The notes under the pieces were generated by a model. The model searched no databases. It worked only from the letters and a program-made list of their open reading frames with translations, and was not told where the DNA came from. From assembly GCF_048403405.1 (NCBI RefSeq), contig NZ_CP183129.1: a stretch of 64,000 bases of DNA, one strand, 5' to 3'. Shown here piece by piece: positions 1-11,034 of the stretch. Numbering within the stretch: the stretch's first letter is position 1; every line of letters starts with the position of its first letter. Origin of the DNA: Escherichia coli (GTDB lineage Bacteria; Pseudomonadota; Gammaproteobacteria; Enterobacterales; Enterobacteriaceae). Both the position numbers and the translations under genes were made by a program.

Positions 1-74
1 TTTTTATGTCGATGGGATGAGCCTGATTCGTTTGTAAAATCAGGCAAATTTTTGCAAAGGCGGATGGTCAGAAT

Positions 75-1418
75 TTAAAGCAAACCACAGCGACGTTTAC
101 TGCGATCTTCCGCTTCCTGATAAAGCTGGAACTCATCCAAAACCGGGCAGCCCAACGCCTGCTCAAATGTTTCGCGACTGGCATTACCGTGACTGCGTGC
201 CTGCGTTTCATTACCCAGATTTGACTGGAAGATCCCCGCCGCGCTAACGGGCAAGAAATCTTCATAGGTAATGGGTTGCGCCACTATCCAACCACGTTCA
301 ATTAAGGGCTGTGGATCGTCTCCGGGATGAATCGCCTGACGATGCGCCTCACCTGAAGGCGTCAGACGGTACCGGAACCATGCCAACCCTTGCTGACGCA
401 TTAAAAACTCACTGTCAGGAAAAGTGCGGAAGGTTTCCTGTAAATGCATTTGGTGAGTGAGATTATCCTGCCCGGTTCCAGCGTTACGCAGAAGATCATC
501 ATACAGTTGTCGCCCTTTCGGCGTTAATGCCACACCACGCTGCTCTATTTCACCAAAGCGCGCGGTATGCGTACCCTGTTTCTGCCCTGCAAACAACACC
601 GTCTCTTCCAGTGCTTTAAAGCTGGTCTGGCGTAGTAAAATCGGTACCTCGCGGCGCGGCGGCCCTTCGATCAGAATTTTGGGTTCAATCCCGCATTCAG
701 GCATCATCGACTGCACCCGGTCAATATCCAGCGTACGTGGCGTCAGGTGGTTGATATGGCATCCAGGAAAACAGACCACATCAGCAATCAACCGATGTTC
801 GTTGTGCAAGGCGCGATAGGTTTCTTCATCTACCGTTGCTGACTGGTGCCAACGAAACGTTTCCAGGGCTTCCTGCACAAACTCCTGTGCGTGTGTTTCG
901 TTAAAACCGCCCCGCTGCTCATATTCCTCTAACAGTTGTCGACAACGTGGGGTGAAGATATCGCGCTGACGCAGAATCTCCTCCGCTTTCTGGCGCAAAA
1001 TTTCGTTCTCGATAAGCTCAAGGCGGAGTAATGAAGTAAAAACGCGGAAGGGATTACGCGCCAGAGAAGCATCATCAATGGGCCGAAATGCTGTCGAATG
1101 TACCGGCACCCCCGCCCGCGAGAGATCGTAATAGCTCACCGGGTACATCCCCATAATGGCAAACATCCGCCGAAGAGTAGCAAGCTCTTGTGCAGTCCCA
1201 ACACGAATCGCCCCATGACGTTCAACATTCAGTCGCGCCAGCTCGTCTGCATTTACCATTTTTTCGTGCAGTTGAGGATTGTTTTCCAGCACAGCCAGAT
1301 TCACATCAGCTACCAGTTCCAGCAGCGTGCCGTACTGCGGAACTTCTTGCTGGTACATGGCTGACATTGCCTGCGAAAACTGTTCCCGAATCTCATCCGC
1401 CGTGATGCTGTTCGCCAT
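75..1418 (-). CDS. ydcJ: DUF1338-family protein YdcJ
   Basis: 447-aa ORF matches YdcJ in length and sequence as I recall it; position next to ydcI/trg. Confidence 0.9.
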   Translation of the reverse strand: MANSITADEIREQFSQAMSAMYQQEVPQYGTLLELVADVNLAVLENNPQLHEKMVNADELARLNVERHGAIRVGTAQELATLRRMFAIMGMYPVSYYDLSRAGVPVHSTAFRPIDDASLARNPFRVFTSLLRLELIENEILRQKAEEILRQRDIFTPRCRQLLEEYEQRGGFNETHAQEFVQEALETFRWHQSATVDEETYRALHNEHRLIADVVCFPGCHINHLTPRTLDIDRVQSMMPECGIEPKILIEGPPRREVPILLRQTSFKALEETVLFAGQKQGTHTARFGEIEQRGVALTPKGRQLYDDLLRNAGTGQDNLTHQMHLQETFRTFPDSEFLMRQQGLAWFRYRLTPSGEAHRQAIHPGDDPQPLIERGWIVAQPITYEDFLPVSAAGIFQSNLGNETQARSHGNASRETFEQALGCPVLDEFQLYQEAEDRSKRRCGLL

Positions 1419-1634
1419 AGTGTCTGCCTCCAGTGGTCAGTAATCTGGAGTGTAGGTAACCGCATTCACTCCGGCGGGAAGAATTTACAAACTGTGATCT
1501 CGCCGCTAAAACATCAATATTATCCATTTTGCTGTAACATAATTGCTTTAATTGTTAATAATATTTTGCAATCAAGTTATCATAATCAAACAACTTCACT
1601 TGTCAGCGACACCGCTTCGTTTTTAACATCGCTT

Positions 1635-2558
1635 ATGGAAAAAAATAGTCTGTTTAGTCAGCGCATCCGTTTGCGCCACCTTCATACATTCGTAGCTGTC
1701 GCACAACAAGGAACTTTGGGGCGCGCGGCTGAAACCCTTAATTTGAGTCAACCTGCGCTCTCTAAGACATTGAATGAACTGGAGCAGCTGACGGGCGCTC
1801 GCTTGTTTGAGCGTGGTCGTCAGGGGGCGCAACTTACCTTACCCGGCGAACAATTTTTAACGCATGCAGTCAGAGTTCTTGACGCCATCAACACTGCCGG
1901 ACAGTCGCTTCATCGTAAAGAAGGTCTTAATAATGATGTCGTCAGGGTTGGTGCACTACCTACTGCGGCACTGGGGATATTACCTTCGGTTATAGGTCAG
2001 TTTCATCAGCAACAAAAAGAGACGACCTTGCAAGTTGCGACAATGAGTAACCCTATGATTCTTGCGGGTTTAAAAACCGGGGAAATCGATATCGGCATTG
2101 GTCGGATGTCAGATCCTGAACTGATGACCGGACTTAATTACGAACTGCTGTTTCTTGAATCGCTGAAGCTGGTCGTCCGCCCTAATCACCCGCTACTTCA
2201 GGAGAACGTAACGCTAAGCCGGGTGCTGGAATGGCCGGTCGTTGTATCACCAGAAGGCACTGCGCCACGCCAGCATTCAGATGCATTAGTGCAGAGCCAG
2301 GGCTGTAAAATTCCTTCGGGTTGTATCGAAACGCTGTCTGCTTCGCTATCTCGTCAACTTACGGTTGAATACGACTACGTGTGGTTTGTCCCTTCTGGCG
2401 CTGTAAAAGACGACCTGCGTCATGCCACGCTGGTGGCCCTGCCTGTTCCAGGGCATGGTGCAGGCGAACCGATTGGAATACTGACCCGCGTAGATGCGAC
2501 GTTCTCTTCTGGTTGCCAGTTGATGATTAACGCTATTCGAAAATCAATGCCGTTCTGA
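1635..2558 (+). CDS. ydcI: LysR-family transcriptional regulator YdcI
   Basis: N-terminal HTH (HTFVAVAQQGTLGRAAETLNLSQPALSKTLNELE); start moved to ATG at 1635 (MEKNS...) giving 307 aa; the track ORF begins at an upstream ATG (1494). Confidence 0.9.
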   Translation: MEKNSLFSQRIRLRHLHTFVAVAQQGTLGRAAETLNLSQPALSKTLNELEQLTGARLFERGRQGAQLTLPGEQFLTHAVRVLDAINTAGQSLHRKEGLNNDVVRVGALPTAALGILPSVIGQFHQQQKETTLQVATMSNPMILAGLKTGEIDIGIGRMSDPELMTGLNYELLFLESLKLVVRPNHPLLQENVTLSRVLEWPVVVSPEGTAPRQHSDALVQSQGCKIPSGCIETLSASLSRQLTVEYDYVWFVPSGAVKDDLRHATLVALPVPGHGAGEPIGILTRVDATFSSGCQLMINAIRKSMPF

Positions 2559-2565
2559 AAGGTGA

Positions 2566-2583
2566 AGGGATCTGTCGATCCCT
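2566..2583. terminator. hairpin between convergent ydcI and trg (agggatc-tgtc-gatccct)
   Basis: 7-bp perfect stem between the two stop codons; weak T-tract. Confidence 0.4.
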
Positions 2584-2595
2584 CCTTGAACATTT

Positions 2596-4236
2596 TCACA
2601 CTGTAGCGAAACTAACTGGTTCACCCGCTCCGCGAGGTTCTGCCGACACAGAATGTTTGTTCAGACGGAATACGTCCACCGCCTCAGTTAATCGTGCCGC
2701 CTGTTCTTCAAGGGACACCGCCGCCGCTGAGGCCTCTTCTACCAGAGAAGCATTCTGTTGCGTCACCTTATCCATTTCAGAAATCGCCTGGCTAACCTGA
2801 GTTATGCCTCTGCTTTGTTCATCCGAGGCAGCGGCGATTTCCTGCATGATATGTGTGACACTCGCGACGGCATCAACAATAGTGCTCATGGTTTTCCCTG
2901 CCATTGCCACCTCATCCGACCCCAGGTCAATTAACCTGACTGATTCACTGATCAAGCCTTCAATCTCTTTCGTCGCCTGAGCGCTGCGGCTTGCGAGTGT
3001 CCGTACTTCGCTGGCGACAACGGCAAATCCACGCCCTTGCTCACCCGCTCGCGCGGCTTCAACGGCAGCATTCAGTGCCAGAATATTCGTCTGGAAAGCA
3101 ATACTGTTGATGACGGAAGTGATCTCGGAAATTTTCTTCGAACTCGTGGAGATAGCGCCCATCGTTTTTACTACACCGGAAACCGTCTGCCCGCCATCGC
3201 TGGCTTTAATAGAAGCCTCCTGCGCCAGTTTGCTGGCATGATGCGCGTTATCCGCATTCTGTTTCACCGTCGCAGTGAGTTGCTCCATGCTGGCGGCAGT
3301 TTGTTCAATTGCCGCCGCTTGTTCTTCGGTGCGAGATGACAGGTCCGCATTGCCAGAGGAAATTTCGCTGGTGCCACGATAAATCTCTTCCGCGCCCTGT
3401 CGAACGGTCCCTACTGTCATCCCCAGTGAATGCTGCATTTGCTGTAAATGACGACTTAAGCGACCGATTTCATTACGACCTGCCGGATCATCATTCATCG
3501 TCAGATCGCCACTGGCGATTTTTTCAATCCGTTGTGCGGCATGTTGCAGTGGACGAATGACGATCCGACGTAGCACTATAAATGTTATCAGCGTCATGAC
3601 CAGGGCAAGCACAAACGCGCCAATCATGAACATCCCACCCAGGCGGGTGCGCTGATGGGCCAGTTCCGCCAGTTGGTTGGCTCTGGTGCTACGTATCTTA
3701 ACGGCTTTGCTCAAAATATCGGTATAAGCATTATCCAGCGGTCGGATCTGCTCACTTTCATGATTGATAATCGCTTCAAACATGCCATTTTTGGCATATT
3801 TCAACATCGGTTGCATACCCGTGATATAAGCCTGGAAGCGTTGATTTAATTCAGTGTCGAGGGCTTCATCAGCAGGTGTTTTCACCGACCGATTCTGATA
3901 AGCACGATAACCTTGCTGCGACTGTTTAATCTCCGATTCGGCTTGCGCAATATTTCGCTTCATTGCTTCCATTTCAGCAATACGACTCGCAGCACCAGCC
4001 TGAATCATATTGATCCGGGCTGAACGCAAAAAATCTGAACTGTTCGCTAACCCGGTCCGAATCTCAATCTCCGCAGTAACATCACGCTGATCGCGATCGG
4101 CCTGCCAAAGGAAATAGCCGGCCAGGGCTGAACTTAATGCGAATAGAACTAAGATACCGCCAAGAATGCAGGCAAATAACGGAACCAGCCTGATGTGATG
4201 CAAAAAACCTAATCGCTGTGAGGGAGTTGTATTCAT
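2596..4236 (-). CDS. trg: methyl-accepting chemotaxis protein III (ribose/galactose sensor)
   Basis: 546 aa, two TM segments, conserved MCP signalling domain; synteny. Confidence 0.95.
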   Translation of the reverse strand: MNTTPSQRLGFLHHIRLVPLFACILGGILVLFALSSALAGYFLWQADRDQRDVTAEIEIRTGLANSSDFLRSARINMIQAGAASRIAEMEAMKRNIAQAESEIKQSQQGYRAYQNRSVKTPADEALDTELNQRFQAYITGMQPMLKYAKNGMFEAIINHESEQIRPLDNAYTDILSKAVKIRSTRANQLAELAHQRTRLGGMFMIGAFVLALVMTLITFIVLRRIVIRPLQHAAQRIEKIASGDLTMNDDPAGRNEIGRLSRHLQQMQHSLGMTVGTVRQGAEEIYRGTSEISSGNADLSSRTEEQAAAIEQTAASMEQLTATVKQNADNAHHASKLAQEASIKASDGGQTVSGVVKTMGAISTSSKKISEITSVINSIAFQTNILALNAAVEAARAGEQGRGFAVVASEVRTLASRSAQATKEIEGLISESVRLIDLGSDEVAMAGKTMSTIVDAVASVTHIMQEIAAASDEQSRGITQVSQAISEMDKVTQQNASLVEEASAAAVSLEEQAARLTEAVDVFRLNKHSVSAEPRGAGEPVSFATV

Positions 4237-4275
4237 TACCGTTGTCTCTCTTCCAGGTTTACTCCTGATAGAAAG

Positions 4276-4302
4276 TCATCGGCACTTGACGGTAATTTCT
4301 TA
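4276..4302 (-). promoter_or_regulatory. candidate sigma28 (FliA) promoter for trg
   Basis: on the minus strand TAAGAAAT-N11-GCCGATGA, about 40 nt upstream of the trg ATG; -10 matches the GCCGATAA consensus 7/8, -35 only 4/8. Confidence 0.45.
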
Positions 4303-4611
4303 CGACCAAAAACCTCTTTGCGTCACATTTTTACAACAATTATGGCAGAGAAGAATAATGCCATTGGAATGAAGAGAGTAACGAATGATTAAACTGGCTA
4401 AACCGAATGACGAAAAATTCTGGAAAACAGCACGCAATTTCGTGAAGTGATTATTTTCGTCCCTAAGGAAACCTCATAGGATGCCTGCGGGTGCCTGAGA
4501 CTTTCTGTTTTCAGGCTAACCGGGAATCAGAAAGACGAAGGCCCCGACCGATATTTCTATCAACTGTACTGCACCCATTTTGTTGGACGATGAAATGGAA
4601 TAGCCCCTAAT

Positions 4612-5133
4612 ATGTCAAAGCCAAAATACCCTTTTGAAAAGCGCCTTGAAGTCGTGAATCACTACTTCACAACTGATGATGGTTACAGGATCATCTCGGC
4701 ACGTTTTGGTGTCCCCCGAACCCAGGTCAGGACATGGGTTGCCCTCTATGAAAAACATGGAGAAAAAGGTTTAATTCCCAAACCTAAAGGCGTTAGTGCT
4801 GATCCAGAGTTGCGTATTAAGGTCGTGAAAGCTGTGATCGAGCAGCACATGTCCCTTAATCAGGCTGCTGCTCACTTTATGCTTGCTGGTAGTGGTTCTG
4901 TAGCCAGGTGGCTGAAGGTCTATGAAGAGCGCGGAGAAGCTGGTTTACGCGCGCTCAAGATTGGCACCAAAAGAAACATTGCAATATCAGTTGATCCAGA
5001 AAAAGCGGCATCAGCATTGGAGCTGTCAAAAGACCGACGCATTGAGGATCTTGAAAGGCAAGTTCGATTTCTTGAAACGCGGCTTATGTATCTAAAAAAG
5101 CTGAAAGCCTTAGCTCATCCCACGAAAAAGTAA
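4612..5133 (+). CDS. insJ: IS150 OrfA (InsJ), HTH DNA-binding protein
   Basis: 173 aa MSKPKYPFEKRLEVVNHYF..., recognised as IS150 InsJ. Confidence 0.9.
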   Translation: MSKPKYPFEKRLEVVNHYFTTDDGYRIISARFGVPRTQVRTWVALYEKHGEKGLIPKPKGVSADPELRIKVVKAVIEQHMSLNQAAAHFMLAGSGSVARWLKVYEERGEAGLRALKIGTKRNIAISVDPEKAASALELSKDRRIEDLERQVRFLETRLMYLKKLKALAHPTKK

Positions 5134-5981
5134 AAGTACTCAACGAGCTAAGGCAGTTTTATCCTCTTGATGAGCTTCTCAGGGCTGCGGAGATACCGCG
5201 CAGTACGTTTTATTACCATCTAAAGGCTCTCAGCAAGCCTGACAAGTATGCGGACGTTAAAAAGCGTATTGGTGAGATTTATCACGAGAATAGAGGCCGA
5301 TACGGATACCGTAGGGTAACGCTGTCTCTTCATCGAGAAGGGAAACAGATTAACCATAAAGCTGTTCAGCGCCTGATGGGAACCCTCTCACTTAAAGCAG
5401 CGATTAAGGTCAAGCGATACCGCTCTTACAGAGGAGAGGTAGGGCAAACCGCCCCTAATGTTCTCCAAAGAGATTTCAAGGCTACGCGGCCAAACGAGAA
5501 GTGGGTTACCGATGTTACTGAATTTGCAGTCAATGGGCGCAAGCTGTATTTGTCTCCAGTAATAGATCTCTTCAACAACGAAGTTATTTCTTACAGCCTT
5601 TCGGAAAGACCAGTGATGAACATGGTTGAGAATATGCTCGATCAGGCATTCAAAAAGCTTAATCCTCACGAGCATCCTGTTCTGCACTCTGACCAGGGAT
5701 GGCAGTATCGTATGAGAAGATATCAAAATATCCTTAAAGAACATGGTATTAAACAAAGCATGTCCAGAAAAGGCAATTGTCTGGATAATGCTGTGGTGGA
5801 GTGTTTCTTTGGAACCTTAAAGTCGGAGTGTTTTTATCTTGATGAGTTCAGTAATATAAGCGAACTGAAGGATGCTGTTACGGAATATATTGAATACTAC
5901 AACAGCAGAAGAATTAGCCTGAAATTAAAAGGTCTGACTCCAATTGAATATCGGAATCAGACCTATATGCCTCGTGTTTAA
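5094..5981 (+). CDS. insK: IS150 OrfB (InsK) DDE transposase, expressed by -1 frameshift from OrfA
   Basis: orfB frame is open from 5076 with no canonical start before 5376; slippery heptamer A AAA AAG at 5094-5100; catalytic domain in 5376-5981. Confidence 0.85.
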
Positions 5982-6023
5982 CTGTCCAACTTTTTGGGGT
6001 CAGTACACAACCGAGGCCAACGA

Positions 6024-6231
<208 letters not shown>

Positions 6232-6302
6232 GGGCAAGCGCGGGGATTTTCCCCGCGCATCTGACTAGCAGATTCATTTTCTCATGGCACCCCTTTTACA
6301 CT

Positions 6303-6476
6303 TCAGTTAGTGCATGTTTTTTTCGATGCACTAATAGAACCATCATTACAGACAAATTTGCCGCCTGCCGTACAGTGTGAGATCCCCCCTTTCGAACCAG
6401 AACAGGGTTTGCGCCCGGCATCGGCATAAAAGGAAACAAGCGTTCCCATAAACAAGATAAGTGCCAGTTTTTTCAT
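6303..6476 (-). CDS. ydcA: small secreted/lipoprotein-like protein YdcA
   Basis: translated by hand: MKKLALILFMGTLVSFYADAGRKPCSGSKGGISHCTAGGKFVCNDGSISASKKTCTN (57 aa); GGAGG SD. Confidence 0.85.
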   Translation of the reverse strand: MKKLALILFMGTLVSFYADAGRKPCSGSKGGISHCTAGGKFVCNDGSISASKKTCTN

Positions 6477-6720
6477 ATAACCTCCATGGTTTATCGAATC
6501 TTATGTTCGATTTGAACGTTATACGCTGGTTTATTTTGATACCGTTGATGAGATCAAAGATCGGGCGAATTGATTAAAGATAAGCCAGATGGACGTATGG
6601 ATAAGGATTATGGTTTTATTTGTCATACAAATAAATATAATAGGCGCTTCCGATGTAGACCCGTATTCTTCGCCTGTACCACGGGTCGGTTTTAGTACAG
6701 GCGTTTTCTTTAAATATCCT

Positions 6721-7251
6721 TCAGGAACGTTTACGCGGCATCATGCGTAGAAGTGTGTTGTCCTTCCAGAAATAGTGGTGTGCCAGTGCAGCCGCAGCGT
6801 GCAACCCGATGACAAAATATCCCAGATTCGCCAGCATTTCATGCCACGACTTTAAGCTATCAACCCGTTCGAAATTGGCCTCTGATGCATAAGGCATCGT
6901 CAAACCAAACGCAAACCACGGGTTGCCTCGGTTATACATCATCACCAAACCAATCACTGGCAGCGCAATAAACAGGAGATAAATCACCAAATGTCCCAAA
7001 TGCGCCAGTCCCGTCATCATCGGTTTTGGCTTAGGTATAATCGGCGGGGTTGGGTATTTCAGCCTTAACAAAAGACGAACGACCATCAGCACGAGAATTG
7101 ATATGCCACAGGAAACATGAATCATGTTGATGAGTGGCCGATCGCTACGTGGGAAGAAACCCCGAAACTCCATTGCGCAATACGCTGCGATAACCAGCAT
7201 AAAGACCAGCCAGTGAATGCTGATTTGTAACCTTGAGTATTTATTTCCCAT
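6721..7251 (-). CDS. cybB: cytochrome b561
   Basis: 176 aa from MGNKYSRLQ; conserved His ligands in TM helices; start refined from the track ORF. Confidence 0.9.
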   Translation of the reverse strand: MGNKYSRLQISIHWLVFMLVIAAYCAMEFRGFFPRSDRPLINMIHVSCGISILVLMVVRLLLRLKYPTPPIIPKPKPMMTGLAHLGHLVIYLLFIALPVIGLVMMYNRGNPWFAFGLTMPYASEANFERVDSLKSWHEMLANLGYFVIGLHAAAALAHHYFWKDNTLLRMMPRKRS

Positions 7252-7439
7252 AACATTTCCTGCTTTAACATAATTTTCCGTTAACATAACGGGCTTTTCT
7301 TAAAATTTCATTAAATATTGTTCACCCGTTTTCAGTACGTTACGTTTCACGGCAAGAATGTAGATTGCCCATCCCGCCATCGTGGTCTAAGCCTGGAAAG
7401 GATCAATTTTCATCCGAACGTTCCTGACAGGAGAAGACC

Positions 7440-8441
7440 ATGAGTAAAGTTGGTATTAATGGTTTTGGTCGTATCGGTCGACTGGTGTTGCGTCGATTAC
7501 TTGAAGTCAAAAGCAACATAGACATTGTTGCTATTAATGATCTCACTTCCCCAAAAATTCTCGCCTACCTGTTGAAACATGATTCAAACTACGGACCGTT
7601 CCCCTGGAGCGTTGATTTTACGGAAGATTCACTTATCGTTGATGGAAAAAGTATCGCGGTTTACGCCGAAAAAGAGGCTAAAAATATTCCGTGGAAAGCG
7701 AAAGGCGCAGAAATCATTGTCGAATGTACTGGCTTTTATACCTCCGCCGAGAAATCGCAGGCGCATCTTGATGCTGGTGCGAAGAAGGTGTTGATTTCCG
7801 CCCCTGCCGGTGAAATGAAAACCATCGTTTATAACGTCAATGACGACACACTGGATGGCAACGACACCATTGTTTCCGTGGCGTCATGCACCACTAATTG
7901 TCTTGCACCGATGGCCAAAGCCTTGCACGACAGTTTCGGAATAGAAGTCGGCACGATGACGACCATTCATGCCTATACCGGCACTCAGTCACTGGTGGAT
8001 GGCCCGCGTGGTAAAGATCTACGCGCTTCACGTGCAGCGGCAGAAAATATCATTCCCCACACTACGGGGGCGGCAAAAGCCATTGGTCTGGTGATCCCAG
8101 AACTGAGCGGCAAACTGAAAGGTCATGCACAACGCGTACCCGTGAAAACCGGTTCGGTGACTGAACTGGTGTCTATTCTTGGAAAAAAAGTGACTGCCGA
8201 AGAGGTGAACAACGCGCTTAAAAACGCGACAAACAATAACGAGTCATTTGGTTATACCGATGAAGAAATAGTCTCTTCCGATATCATTGGCAGCCATTTC
8301 GGTTCGGTGTTTGATGCCACGCAAACCGAAATTACCGCCGTGGGCGATTTACAACTGGTGAAAACGGTCGCCTGGTACGATAACGAATATGGCTTCGTCA
8401 CGCAGCTTATTCGCACCCTCGAAAAATTCGCTAAACTCTGA
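7440..8441 (+). CDS. gapC: glyceraldehyde-3-phosphate dehydrogenase C (intact)
   Basis: 333 aa, NAD-binding GxGRIGR, active site [10 protein letters not shown]; uninterrupted frame. Confidence 0.9.
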   Translation: MSKVGINGFGRIGRLVLRRLLEVKSNIDIVAINDLTSPKILAYLLKHDSNYGPFPWSVDFTEDSLIVDGKSIAVYAEKEAKNIPWKAKGAEIIVECTGFYTSAEKSQAHLDAGAKKVLISAPAGEMKTIVYNVNDDTLDGNDTIVSVASCTTNCLAPMAKALHDSFGIEVGTMTTIHAYTGTQSLVDGPRGKDLRASRAAAENIIPHTTGAAKAIGLVIPELSGKLKGHAQRVPVKTGSVTELVSILGKKVTAEEVNNALKNATNNNESFGYTDEEIVSSDIIGSHFGSVFDATQTEITAVGDLQLVKTVAWYDNEYGFVTQLIRTLEKFAKL

Positions 8442-8449
8442 CGCGCACA

Positions 8450-8480
8450 GGCGGAGGAAAAAACCTCCGCCTCTTTCACT
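8450..8480. terminator. bidirectional hairpin between gapC and aldA (ggcggagg-aaaaaa-cctccgcc)
   Basis: 8-bp GC-rich stem between convergent stop codons. Confidence 0.55.
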
Positions 8481-8482
8481 CA

Positions 8483-9922
8483 TTAAGACTGTAAATAAAC
8501 CACCTGGGTCTGCAGATATTCATGCAGGCCATGTTTACCATCTGCGCCGCCAATACCGGATTTACGCCATCCGGCGTGGAAGCCTTGCATAGCTTCGAAG
8601 TTTTCACGGTTGATGTAAGTTTCACCAAACTTCAGCCCTTTAATGGCTTTCATCGCGACGTTCAGATTTTGGGTATAGATTGATGAGGTCAGGCCGTAAT
8701 CACTGTCATTCGCCATTGCGATAGCATCTTCCAGCGTGTCAAATGCGACCACCGGCAGAACCGGGCCAAAGGTTTCCTCATGCATAATCGACATTTCCTG
8801 GCGAACATCCAGCAGCAATGTCGGCGGATAATAATATCCTTTCCCCTCTACCGCTTTGCCACCCAACGCCACTCTCGCCCCTTCTTCTACTGCGCGCGCC
8901 ACTTTTTGCTCGACCCTTTCCAGCGCCGCGGCGTTAATCAACGGCCCCATCGCAATGTCGTTGCGTTCTGCGGGGTTACCAAATTGAACCGCCTGCAACG
9001 CTTCACCCAGCCGATTGACGAACTGATCATAAATGCCTTTCTGTACATAAACACGTTCTGCACAGTTACACACTTGCCCACTATTAATGACGCGTGAATC
9101 AACGATGGCTTTGACTGCCAGTTCAAGATCGGCATCGTCCATTACGATAGCTGGTGCTTTACCCCCCAATTCCAGGCACACTTTGGTGATGTTTTTCGCC
9201 GCAGTCGCCATGATCTTTTCACCTGCAGAGACGCTGCCTGTCATACTGACCATTGCGACCTTTGGGTTACCCGCCAGTTCTTGCCCAACGGTTTCACCAC
9301 GCCCCAGAACAAGGTTAAACACGCCGCGCGGAAGGCCTATTTCATCGACGATTTTGGCGAATGCAATCGCATTGTTTGGCGTAAATTCACTGGGTTTAAT
9401 GACAATGGTATTACCAGTCAAAAGAGCGGGAGCCATTTTGCGGGCAATGAGGAAGAACGGGAAGTTCCACGGCAGAATGCCGGTAGTCACACCAAGCGCA
9501 CGTTTAAACAGAAGAATATTTTCTCCTGGACGATCGCTTTGAATAATCTCGCCCTCGTAACGCCGTGCCCACTCCGCCATGTAATCGATATAGTCCGCAG
9601 TAAAAGCCACTTCGACTTCAGCCAGCTGCTGGATCTTGCCCCCTTCTTCAACAATCAGCGCACTGATTTCACTGGCGCGTTCGCGGATCCCGACGGAGAT
9701 TTTGCGCAACCAACTGGCGCGTTCAATAGCAGGCAACGCTTCCCATTCTGGTTGTGCACGTTCTGCTGCATCGATTGCCTTACGGGCATCCTCGGCCTGA
9801 CCATCGGGAATGCGGGAAATGACAGCCTCTGTAGCAGGGTTTACCACATCAATCCATGCGTCTCCACGCCAGGTAACAAACTGTCCATCAATATACATAG
9901 GATGTTGAACGGGTACTGACAT
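8483..9922 (-). CDS. aldA: lactaldehyde dehydrogenase (NAD-dependent aldehyde dehydrogenase A)
   Basis: 479 aa aldehyde dehydrogenase; synteny. Confidence 0.95.
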   Translation of the reverse strand: MSVPVQHPMYIDGQFVTWRGDAWIDVVNPATEAVISRIPDGQAEDARKAIDAAERAQPEWEALPAIERASWLRKISVGIRERASEISALIVEEGGKIQQLAEVEVAFTADYIDYMAEWARRYEGEIIQSDRPGENILLFKRALGVTTGILPWNFPFFLIARKMAPALLTGNTIVIKPSEFTPNNAIAFAKIVDEIGLPRGVFNLVLGRGETVGQELAGNPKVAMVSMTGSVSAGEKIMATAAKNITKVCLELGGKAPAIVMDDADLELAVKAIVDSRVINSGQVCNCAERVYVQKGIYDQFVNRLGEALQAVQFGNPAERNDIAMGPLINAAALERVEQKVARAVEEGARVALGGKAVEGKGYYYPPTLLLDVRQEMSIMHEETFGPVLPVVAFDTLEDAIAMANDSDYGLTSSIYTQNLNVAMKAIKGLKFGETYINRENFEAMQGFHAGWRKSGIGGADGKHGLHEYLQTQVVYLQS

Positions 9923-10118
9923 GAGCGGCTCCTGTGATTTATATGTTTGTTTTTGGTAAATACATTGTTAATTAACATCAATCATCAGAGAGACGGCATC
10001 ATGAAAGGACAATTCTGTGAAGGGCTTCATAAAAACAAGTGTAAAAGGAATAAGAGGCAGAAATAAAAGGCAGGAGTTATGCCCGTTTGCAAACAAGTGG
10101 TTCACAAACGGGCAATTT

Positions 10119-10919
10119 TTAACGTAACGAGCGACTTTCCATCGCCTCGATGAGCACCGCATCGTGTTTCAGCGTTTGCCATGCATGGATGACTTCTGCC
10201 GGAAAATCAACGTGAACGATAAAATCTCGCCCGCGGGGACCGTAGCCATCGCTATCATCGCGTAAACGCGGCAGCTCGCCAGTGAGTAGTGAGAGATAAC
10301 GCTCAACCGGCCATAATCCTTGCAACGGATTAACAAAGATTACACTGTCTGCGTTGTTTCCTAGCTGAGGAACGAATCCGGGATAACTTAACCAGCGAGG
10401 TGCATCTGGATTGTCCCCGGTCATACGGCGGAACGTCGCCATCGTGCGCCGCTGCATGGTGGGGTCCTGAACAACGATAGCCGTATGAACTCGTTCTACG
10501 GCCTGATTCAATAGCGCGATGCTAAAGCGTGCGTTTTCACCGCAGTTTGTTGACTGGTCTTCAATCCAGATTTTTTCATGCGGAATATGCCAGAACTGAT
10601 GAGCGATATCGGCCAGGATGGTGGCTTCTGCTCTGCCAGTGGTGCGGATAGTGTTGTAGTGCGGATGCTGTGCGATAGCGCTATACAAAAAAGTTGTCGA
10701 GTGACCGATACCACCACTAATCAGTAGAGGAATTTGCTGATCGCGGGCAATCTTACATGCCGCATCGATAGTCGGCATAACCGCATTGCCTGCAAGGATC
10801 ACGCAATCGGCCTGATACGGCATCTCACCGGAGAAATCATCCTGCGCCAGCCACTGTCCGATAACATTTATGGCATCTATAGTTGCCGTCGAAAGCGTCG
10901 GAAACGGGGTAATGTTCAT
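10119..10919 (-). CDS. ydcF: DUF218-domain protein YdcF
   Basis: 266 aa matches YdcF. Confidence 0.9.
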   Translation of the reverse strand: MNITPFPTLSTATIDAINVIGQWLAQDDFSGEMPYQADCVILAGNAVMPTIDAACKIARDQQIPLLISGGIGHSTTFLYSAIAQHPHYNTIRTTGRAEATILADIAHQFWHIPHEKIWIEDQSTNCGENARFSIALLNQAVERVHTAIVVQDPTMQRRTMATFRRMTGDNPDAPRWLSYPGFVPQLGNNADSVIFVNPLQGLWPVERYLSLLTGELPRLRDDSDGYGPRGRDFIVHVDFPAEVIHAWQTLKHDAVLIEAMESRSLR

Positions 10920-11034
10920 GGTTCCTCCTTATCGTTCCCTTAAGAATACTGCGTGAGATAATAATGAGAAGCGGAGCACTCTGAAAGGAAGATGATGCTT
11001 TTTCTACCTCGCCATCGCGAACCAGACACTGGTT

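Larger units (their letters stand above)
4565..6007 (+). mobile_element. IS150 (IS3 family), 1443 bp
   Basis: termini TGTACTGCACCC... / ...TCAGTACA with imperfect inverted repeats; two-ORF transposase with A AAA AAG slippery site; flanked by direct repeat CAAC/AAC. Confidence 0.9.

Noticed and set aside
655-700. tRNA-like T-arm motif GGTTCAATCC
   Set aside because: No acceptor or anticodon stems around it and it lies within the ydcJ coding sequence; a chance match.
1494-1634. Upstream 47-codon extension of ydcI
   Set aside because: The extension is AT-rich promoter-like sequence with no SD; the ATG at 1635 gives the expected 307-aa LysR regulator.
9281-9919. 212-aa plus-strand ORF, one of many long ORFs in the track
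   Set aside because: It lies entirely antisense within aldA. The same holds for 12657-13277 and 14625-15182 within hrpA, 16706-17368 across azoR, 40523-41236 within tynA and 50069-50617 within ydbK. All are shadow ORFs of well-supported genes.
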